64,000 bases of DNA. Source: a virus. Below are positions 56,811-64,000 of the stretch, piece after piece (the first letter of the stretch is position 1; every line of letters starts with the position of its first letter). The stretch lies in the IMG/VR virus record IMGVR_UViG_2740892559_000001, positions 6,625 through 70,624 of that record; one strand, 5' to 3'. Both the position numbers and the translations under genes were made by a program. The notes beneath the pieces were generated by a model. That model had not been told where the DNA came from and searched no databases. It worked only from the letters and a program-made list of their open reading frames with translations.

Positions 56811-57766
56811 ATAAAAATCAAATAAAATTGCTAAAAAATTGCGTTTTTTTCGTCAAAAATGCACATTTTTTTTGCGTAAACTGGCGGTTTTTACCTAAAT
56901 TCCGCTCGGTTGTCTGCTGATCTGATCCGAAAACGCACACCGCGGTCAAAACCTTGTGCTTTCTATCCCACCAAAATTAGCAACTTCAATCTATCTATAT
57001 ACAACGCCAGCAGTAACAAAAACGCAGCAGTGGCATGTTATCTGAAATCTTCCCTAACCTTTCATGCCACTGCGGAACACCGAGCAAAAAACGCTGACAG
57101 GAGACGGGTGTTTTTGTTTTCTTGGAGGTTGAATAATATCTGTCCTTACCGAGACAAGCTGCGACAGGCTGCGACAGGCTGCGAAAATTTCTGCGAATTG
57201 TTTTAAAACATAACTTATATGAAGCGTTAACACCTGCGAAAATTGCGAAAGGTGCAGGGCGTGCCTTATCTTTAAAAATGCGCACTTCGGCGTTTATTGG
57301 GACGTTGCACGAGAGAGGGTGTAGCGGAGGCAGCGCGGGGTGGAAGGCGGGCGGTGGAGTGTAGTGGAATTCCGTGACCCGCGACAGCGTTACCTTCTCC
57401 TGCCGTAGCAATGCCTGTAGTGTAGTGTAGTGGTAGGCACAAAGTGTAGTGTAGTGACGGCTTCTGCCCTTCCGCTTCCTGCCGAAACACTGCGCGGGCT
57501 TTGCTATTGGCGCGGTGTTTCGGCATTATTCAGAAGTAGGGCAGAACGCCAAAACGCAACGAAACGACTGCCGTGAACGAAACGAAACGGAAGGCTTTGC
57601 GTAGGCACTATTGAAAATAACGCTGTCGCCAAACGGAATGGAACGAAACGCAACCTGAACGCCTGTAGCCACGCCTGCCGTAGCGGTGAAGTCAAAAAAA
57701 CCGTCGGACGAGGGACAAGCACCTTAATATCGGCGCACTGCAGGGATTGTGGGTGGGAAAAAAGGG

Positions 57767-58054
57767 TTAGTCCTCGATGAGTAATACGCCTTCCTCTGTG
57801 ATTCGCCATCCGTAACCGACATTATGATAAGCATACCCATCATCCCTTAGATGTGAAAGGATGCCATAAATCAGTGCATTATGTCTGGCGGAGTCAAAGG
57901 TGTCTACATTCTTTATACCAAGTCGTTTGCGAACCTCATCCTGCTGGATGAGTCCTTCAGACGGTGATGTTGTATCATATAACACAAGAAGTGCAGCCCT
58001 CTTGAGTATCTCTAACCCCATATCAGCAAATGTGTTACGTGTGTATTTATTCAT
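57767..58054 (-). CDS. Winged-helix-like protein (similar to 25409..25747)
   Basis: ILSHLRDDGY..GWRITEEG. Confidence 0.6.
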   Translation of the reverse strand: MNKYTRNTFADMGLEILKRAALLVLYDTTSPSEGLIQQDEVRKRLGIKNVDTFDSARHNALIYGILSHLRDDGYAYHNVGYGWRITEEGVLLIED

Positions 58055-58315
58055 TGTAATTCCTCTCTCGGAATTTATCCGATTCTGACGATTTCGGCTG
58101 CTGTCCCATCATCTTCGCGTAGGGGTTTGGAGAGATCGTATCCGCGGAGTGCAAGTTCGAGGAACAGGGTTACGAGGTGAGTACTTTCGGAATTCAATCC
58201 CACAATCCTGCAATATCCTTTGTATTTGCGTCCGGCTTGTTCCAAATCTATCTGCGATTGTCTTTCCGCAGCACTTTAGAGCACAGGCGCGGACGCTTTG
58301 AAATACGCACCGATC

Positions 58316-59311
58316 TCACTCGTTCGCATAGTGCGACCCGCCGGGACACGGACCATGATTCTCGGGACTACACAAGTAGAACGACACAGAACAATTCCAA
58401 TTCAGGCAGTGCCGAGCAACCGTGTGACGAGACTTGTCGGACGCATCCTTCGGATCATAAGTCCCATTACACTTTGTACACAACACTAACTTCGGTTCAG
58501 GGTCCGGGTCGGGATCGGGCGGCGTGCTACCACCACTCGGCGGCGTGCTACCGCTACCGGAGCCAGAACCCGAACCACTGCCAGAACCCGAACCACTGCC
58601 AGAACCCGAACCACTGCCAGAACCCGAACCGCTACCGCCACATGGGTTGCCGTTACGGTCATAATCGACGCTACTTTCGTCAAGTCTGACTTCCCAAGAC
58701 CCGCTTTTTTGGGTGTCCGTTGCAGGGGCGTAGGTCACCGCTGTCCCATCTTTCCACTCGCCTGTCACACTAGGAACCGGCGAAATAGTCCACCGTCTTT
58801 GCCAATAAGTGGGGGTTAATCGAATGGAGCCATCACCACTCCAAGAATATGTTTTATAGTCTCTGTTAAAGGGCGCGTCAAAATAATCCTCAAATGCATA
58901 GTTATGAACGCTGGAGCCTACTGGAACGTAAAAGGCAACAAAACTTCCAATCTTTGAAGGGGAACTATAACTGGAGCTTCCCTTTGACTGTCCATCAATA
59001 TATCCATTGATATAACTTTCAACCCACCCCCTACCATGAAATGTACTCGTTATTTTTACAATGGGGTTTTTCGGGTCGGTTATCCAATAGTCATACATTG
59101 GATCCCCGTCGCAGTAGAGTATGCGTGTGTGCGTAAAGATTTCACCATCTATGTTACAGGAAATCTCCGGTGTTGTTCCTTCAAGAAACCTTGATTCAAC
59201 AGCATGGGGCCCGAATATATTGTATTCTTCGTGAGCCTTTAAACCTGCTGCGACTATGACACATAAAACGATGAGAAAAAGGGTGATTTTCCATTTTTTT
59301 AACGTTTGCAT
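58316..59311 (-). CDS. Secreted protein with poly-GS linker and C-terminal Cys/His domain
   Basis: Signal peptide; (GS)n encoded by an 18-bp tandem repeat near 58557-58635; CTKC..H..HC..C..C tail. Confidence 0.75.
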   Translation of the reverse strand: MQTLKKWKITLFLIVLCVIVAAGLKAHEEYNIFGPHAVESRFLEGTTPEISCNIDGEIFTHTRILYCDGDPMYDYWITDPKNPIVKITSTFHGRGWVESYINGYIDGQSKGSSSYSSPSKIGSFVAFYVPVGSSVHNYAFEDYFDAPFNRDYKTYSWSGDGSIRLTPTYWQRRWTISPVPSVTGEWKDGTAVTYAPATDTQKSGSWEVRLDESSVDYDRNGNPCGGSGSGSGSGSGSGSGSGSGSGSGSGSGSGSTPPSGGSTPPDPDPDPEPKLVLCTKCNGTYDPKDASDKSRHTVARHCLNWNCSVSFYLCSPENHGPCPGGSHYANE

Positions 59312-59349
59312 AAAAAACTCCTCATAATAAGTAACCTAAAACGGGGGCA

Positions 59350-60096
59350 CTAATAAGGTAGAATTAAATGTTCTAATCCGTATTCCCTCAGTGCAGCATC
59401 CAGCACCTCTCTCATGACTCTCTCAGTTTTTTTGGGATCGTTCTCATATTCCTCACGGGAGGCGAGTCGTGTTGCCCGTTTTATAAAAGGACGTTCCCGT
59501 TGTGCGGATGCTGTCAGGGCTTCAATTTCCGCATCGATTTCATTAGCTGTGGCGACCTGCCCTTTCTTTTTCGCACGGGCTTTCTCTATGTAGAGTCGAT
59601 TAAGCCTTTCATATTCCTCAAGGGTGGGCGCAAAACCGACGCGTATCTCAAGTTCAACAATCGGTTCGCCGATCTTATGTAAAATGGGATTGCCGTTTTC
59701 ATCTAAGAGCGGAACATTCTTACGTGCCCAGCGATAGTCATAGCCTGGGGGCGGAGGTTTCAGACCGCGTTGCGTATAAAATTGATCAAAGATCTGCCGT
59801 AGCTCTTCAGGAGAGTATTCAGACGGCTCAAATGGCGGTAACTCTTGTCCTTGTCCCCCCTCATCAGCGTGGACGTGTCCACCTGTATCGGTCTCAGCCT
59901 CTACCACTTCAGCGGCGACGGCTTTCTCTTTCGCATTGCGTTCGTGCCACCACTGCAGGAAGTCTTCGGACTCCACTAACGCTTTCTCTGCCTGCCCTTT
60001 GACGTGCTGATGATACAGCAGAGAACCGCCAACGCACAACACAAAGAACGCTAACGCCCCGATAAAGAGGCGGTTGCTGAAAAGGTCTTTTAACAT
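59350..60096 (-). CDS. N-terminally anchored hypothetical protein
   Basis: 248 aa, TM at the N-terminus. Confidence 0.7.
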   Translation of the reverse strand: MLKDLFSNRLFIGALAFFVLCVGGSLLYHQHVKGQAEKALVESEDFLQWWHERNAKEKAVAAEVVEAETDTGGHVHADEGGQGQELPPFEPSEYSPEELRQIFDQFYTQRGLKPPPPGYDYRWARKNVPLLDENGNPILHKIGEPIVELEIRVGFAPTLEEYERLNRLYIEKARAKKKGQVATANEIDAEIEALTASAQRERPFIKRATRLASREEYENDPKKTERVMREVLDAALREYGLEHLILPY

Positions 60097-60155
60097 GTTA
60101 AAATACCTCGTTATGTTTCACCGATACACGTCTGCATCGGTGTTTGGTTTGGGTT

Positions 60156-60425
60156 CTATCGACTCATTACCCGCAGGATGTCTAAAGTGGACACCCGCGA
60201 GACGCTTTGAAGTTTATTCGTCTCAGACAACGGCTGCGGACGTTTCATCGGTTTACACGCCCGCGGTAGCGGTGCCACCTCACAGTTGGGGGTTTTCACA
60301 TCCGGCAGACACACCCGCGGCGACGGTTGACAGATAGCCGTCTCCGCAGGGGCGCGGTATTCCAAATACCCCGATAAGATTGTCAGTCCACAAAGAAAAA
60401 GTATCAAAAGGAAAGGGCGGAACAT
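60156..60425 (-). CDS. Small exported hypothetical protein
   Basis: Start MFRPFLL; hydrophobic N-terminus. Confidence 0.4.
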   Translation of the reverse strand: MFRPFLLILFLCGLTILSGYLEYRAPAETAICQPSPRVCLPDVKTPNCEVAPLPRACKPMKRPQPLSETNKLQSVSRVSTLDILRVMSR

Positions 60426-60773
60426 CGCAGTTCTCCTGTACCGGTTGATTTCAATTGATGGGGAAATTGCCCACAAGGAATAAAGAAAGAAAAGGAAGGT
60501 CAGGCAATCCATCCCAATAGGGGCTGGTCTCTATTCTAACACAGAAAATGTGTACTGCCATCGGAAATTCAGACCACTCTCTAAACCAAGATTCTGCTAC
60601 AATACCAATCTGATTGAAAGGGGTCTCCGAAACGTCCTCACTTAATGTTAGGGTATTTGACACCTGTCGAATTTGAGGAAAAAACTTGTCTTAACTTTAC
60701 AGAATTTCGGCCCTAATTAGCGATGGCACTTCACTCCGTACACTGCGGGAATTGTAGGATGGCAGTACAATTG

Positions 60774-62642
60774 TCAGGCAAGTGTCTCCAAAGCGTTTTT
60801 TATTTTAGGCTGAAACACCTCTTTGAGTTTCAATAGATTCGCAATGTGCCATTCTCTGATGTCTTCTAATTCATCATCAGGCAACTCAATGTTTCCATCA
60901 CGAGATACGACAATCCGTGAACGCCGTTGTTTTTCAAGACGCTCCCATTCAAGTGGACTGCCGAAAGCGGATTCAATTTCTTCCTTTCGCTGCTCTAAGG
61001 CATCAAAGAGGTCAAGTCTGTTGGATTGGACGTTATCATGGATGTTTACGTATGTCCATACTTCATCCCCTCGTGCAAACTTAACGCGATAACTAATCCC
61101 TTTAACCCCTGAAGAAAAGGAGTGCCAATTCCTCGGTTGGCCGACACGTGCCCTGGTAAAATTGTGTTCTTCGCGAAGTTCATCAATAAGCATTTGCGTA
61201 TACGATTGATACTTCGCGCTCATGGATGATGGGTTCGTTCGCTGAAGTAGTGATGCGATGTCTCTGGGTATCTTTACCTCGTTTTTCGCCTCAAAGTCTT
61301 CAACGCTTTCATAATCGTTTTGGAAGGATTTGATGATGTCAAATTCCATGTCCTTTGCAGTCGTTAGGTCCGCCTTAGCTTTCTCCCATTCTTTTAGGTG
61401 CAACCATGCCTCTCCGCGATTACAATAGGGACCAGCATCTTCAGGGGCTAACTCCATCGCTTCGTTATAGTCTGAAATCGCCGCAGCAAAATCGCCTATA
61501 TTACGGTAAGCATTGCCACGATTGCTATAGACCCTGGCATCTTCAGGGGCTAACTCTATCGCTTTGTCGAAGTCGGCAATCGCCGCAGCAAAGTCGCCTG
61601 TATTACGGTAAGCATTGCCACGATTGTTATAGGCACCAGCATCTTCAGGGTTCAACTCTATCGCTTTGTTGAAGTCGGCAATCGCCGCAGCAAAATCGCC
61701 TGTATTACGGTAAGCAACACCACGATTGTTATAGACCCTGGCATCTTCAGGGGCTAACTCTATCGCTTTGTCGAAGTCGGCAATCGCCGCAGCAAAATCG
61801 CCTGTATTACGGTAAGCAACACCACGATTGTTATAGGTACCAGCATTTTCAGGGTTCAACTCTATCGCTGCGGTATAATGTGTAATAGCATCACTGTATC
61901 CTTCCTGCCTTTCCGCCTCAGTGTTTGCTGAATCCGCGCGATTTTGAGAAGTGACTCCTTTATAAAACTCTGTATACGCATTCTCATGAAGCCCTCGTTT
62001 CTCAATGAATCCTTGGAGGTCGTTGTAGATGGTTTTGGTTGAGATGTCGTGGTGGTTACGGAGATAGTCTAATAGCACAACTTTTAAGTGTGCCGGGATA
62101 TCGACAATTCTATCTGGTTCTACAAACCCTTTCGGTGCTTGAACGAAGATGCTCTTTTGCGTTTCAGCGCGCCGAATTGTTCTCGGAGGTTTTTTGACTT
62201 CGTAAGCTTTAGGATCACCTTTAGGCTGTCTTTGAAGTAGGATAACCCTGCCCGGTTTTTCAGATTCACCATCGCACGCGAAAAAGAGTGCCACAAGATA
62301 ATCGGTCGTAAAGTCAATTAGGTTTGTCTTATCCCCGAAGTGCTGAAGTGTGGCAAGGATTTCAAAGTCCTCCATTTTGTGCGGGGTGTATTCATGCGCC
62401 GCCCTCAGGATGTCCGCTTGGACAACCGCTACATCAAATCGCTCTGCTTCAATGCCAATATACTGGCGATAGAGACCTGAGGTAACTCTTCCATTGTAGG
62501 GGGCTTCCTGATGATGTGCAGGCTCACCGCGGTAGATATAGTCGCCAGTAGCGGATTCTTTCGCGATCTCGTTGATTTTCTTTAAAACCTCGTCGATATC
62601 GATCTGTTGAGAGGATACTTTGTATTCAGCTTGCGTTTCCAT
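60774..62642 (-). CDS. FRG domain, TPR repeats and DUF4268 fusion
   Basis: YIYRGE..LQHFGDKTNLIDFT..VALFFAC (FRG); near-identical 34-aa TPRs; EEIESAFGSPLEWERL (DUF4268); AAGGAG RBS before METQAEY. Confidence 0.85.
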   Translation of the reverse strand: METQAEYKVSSQQIDIDEVLKKINEIAKESATGDYIYRGEPAHHQEAPYNGRVTSGLYRQYIGIEAERFDVAVVQADILRAAHEYTPHKMEDFEILATLQHFGDKTNLIDFTTDYLVALFFACDGESEKPGRVILLQRQPKGDPKAYEVKKPPRTIRRAETQKSIFVQAPKGFVEPDRIVDIPAHLKVVLLDYLRNHHDISTKTIYNDLQGFIEKRGLHENAYTEFYKGVTSQNRADSANTEAERQEGYSDAITHYTAAIELNPENAGTYNNRGVAYRNTGDFAAAIADFDKAIELAPEDARVYNNRGVAYRNTGDFAAAIADFNKAIELNPEDAGAYNNRGNAYRNTGDFAAAIADFDKAIELAPEDARVYSNRGNAYRNIGDFAAAISDYNEAMELAPEDAGPYCNRGEAWLHLKEWEKAKADLTTAKDMEFDIIKSFQNDYESVEDFEAKNEVKIPRDIASLLQRTNPSSMSAKYQSYTQMLIDELREEHNFTRARVGQPRNWHSFSSGVKGISYRVKFARGDEVWTYVNIHDNVQSNRLDLFDALEQRKEEIESAFGSPLEWERLEKQRRSRIVVSRDGNIELPDDELEDIREWHIANLLKLKEVFQPKIKNALETLA

Positions 62643-62665
62643 AAAAAAATCTCTCCTTAGCAAAT

Positions 62666-62951
62666 TCACTCGTGACGAACGCCCTGTTCTTTTAGCACCT
62701 GTATCAAATAGGCTTGCGTCCGATCGCCTTTCGTGGAGTTGCACGCGGCACATAAGAACTGTAGGTTCTCCGGGTCATCGGCACCGCCTTTGGAACGTGG
62801 ATATATATGATCAATCGTCATGTTGCGAAACGGGAACAACACTTCACAACCGTTGCACTTCCCTATAGATCAGGTCTATCGTCTCGGAATTAAAACCGCG
62901 TAGGATATGAAGGTTATCACCCTCAAAAATGGTTCTGTTCTCAACATTCAT
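62666..62951 (-). pseudogene. Internally deleted DNA methyltransferase-HNH gene
   Basis: ATG 62951 reads MNVENRTIFEGDNLHILRGFNSETIDLIY (N6/N4 MTase start), joined out of frame to GKCNGC..TIDHIYPRSKGG..ENLQFLCAACNSTKG (HNH). Confidence 0.75.
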
Positions 62952-63501
62952 TTTTTGAATACCAGTCTCCAGTCCGTTATCCCTCTACGAAGGTGGGAGG
63001 GCGGCAGACATACCGAGCGGTACGCTTTGTAGTGCCACCCAAGTCGCGAGTGCTAACGATACCTACAGCACACCCAAAATGGGATAACTATCCGACGTGA
63101 ATCCACGCTTAATGCAAAGATTCAACGTCAAATTAATAGCAATTATCGTGCCAATGCCCATGAAAAATCGTAATATATGTTGCGATACGAAACAAATGTT
63201 ACATCGTTATCGCCTAAAAATGTCGGTGTCCATTGGGTTTACTATAAGATGTGTCGGGGCGGATTTTTGAGAACGATAATCTCGTGGAGAGGCTATAAAT
63301 TTCTTTGATACTGTGAGCACGAAAAAATTGCTTAAGTTGTTATATAAACGAGGAAAAGTGTTCAGGTCTGGGAAAAGTTTGCATACTACTGATATGACTT
63401 TTTATAGTAAAATCCAAAAATATGTTACACTTCAGTGAATAACAATTCCACATCAAACTTTCACCTTTATCGGGCGTTTTATTAGAGACTTTTTTCTTTC
63501 C

Positions 63502-64000
63502 TCATAGGTACTGCGTGCCAATAAATAGCACGATACCACATCCCGTCACGGCACCCGCTACGGCGGACTTTATCCGATTCGATCTCGCTTTTGACGTATA
63601 CGCAGATAGATAAGACTTAACATATTCCGGCGATTTTCCGATGAATTTCTCAGGCGGCGGTTTCGATGGCTTGGCATGATAAATGCCTAAGAATGAGAGA
63701 CCGCTACAGGCGGCAGCACCGGAAAAAGTACCGAGAAAACGGATCTCGGTTACGGATGGGACAGACACACCTAAGCATGTGTGCCCCTCTGGCGGATGAT
63801 CATGATAGTCATAATCAAACGTGGATTCGGTAACCATATAAGTGAGTTCGGCACCAATACACCCACCGAGTACACAGACAGCAGATGTCGCGAGTCCCGC
63901 AGTAAACCACAAAATGTTGTTGGTCGTGTGATCCGCCTCATATTCGGCTGCCATTTTCACGGCTGCAGCTGCTTCGTCGGGGTGGCTCTCGGATATCCCG
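63502..64000 (-). CDS. Membrane hypothetical protein, partial (open at right edge)
   Basis: Frame is open past the window end; several hydrophobic segments. Confidence 0.6.
   Translation of the reverse strand, partial: GISESHPDEAAAAVKMAAEYEADHTTNNILWFTAGLATSAVCVLGGCIGAELTYMVTESTFDYDYHDHPPEGHTCLGVSVPSVTEIRFLGTFSGAAACSGLSFLGIYHAKPSKPPPEKFIGKSPEYVKSYLSAYTSKARSNRIKSAVAGAVTGCGIVLFIGTQYL

Noticed and set aside
58060-58315. HTH-like peptide (GKTIADRFGTSRTQIQRIL) in frame after the TGA of 58316..59311
   Set aside because: No start codon or RBS and no readthrough evidence; probably a remnant or chance.
62975-63170. SMR/EamA-like membrane gene fragment on the minus strand
   Set aside because: Short, contains an internal TAG, and similarity is too weak to name.

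Overview
About 53 kb of this window encodes a nearly complete set of long-non-contractile-tail (siphovirus-type) virion genes in an unusual layout. The head/packaging/neck/lysis operon runs rightwards on + (37.7-53.2 kb). The tail genes (tube, chaperones, tape measure, Dit-like, hub, fibres) run leftwards on - (35.0 kb to the left edge) and are split between tape measure and Dit by about 12 kb of host-type cargo (LRR/cohesin/dockerin secreted proteins, LamG, ParA plus an RHH partner). The cargo protein architectures suggest a Candidatus Poribacteria-like host (inference). No integrase, replication genes, tail sheath, RT, CRISPR array or tRNA was recognised. Three structural operons share one promoter design: three 11-bp TGTATTGCTTA repeats exactly 43 bp from TATAAT. 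Many intergenic gaps carry REP/STRR-like repeats, which suggests a long-resident, co-regulated and possibly domesticated phage-particle system. Other highlights: a GT-methyltransferase-GT4 fusion beside a 21-repeat Thr/Gly fibre; two antisense GIY-YIG cassettes sharing a structured leader; a Tad1-like anti-defence sponge; a 38-aa ORF ending in a sliding-clamp motif (QLGLF) opposite a candidate antisense sRNA; and a second convergent-promoter antisense sRNA at 56.7 kb. All family assignments come from motif recognition by eye, not from database searches.
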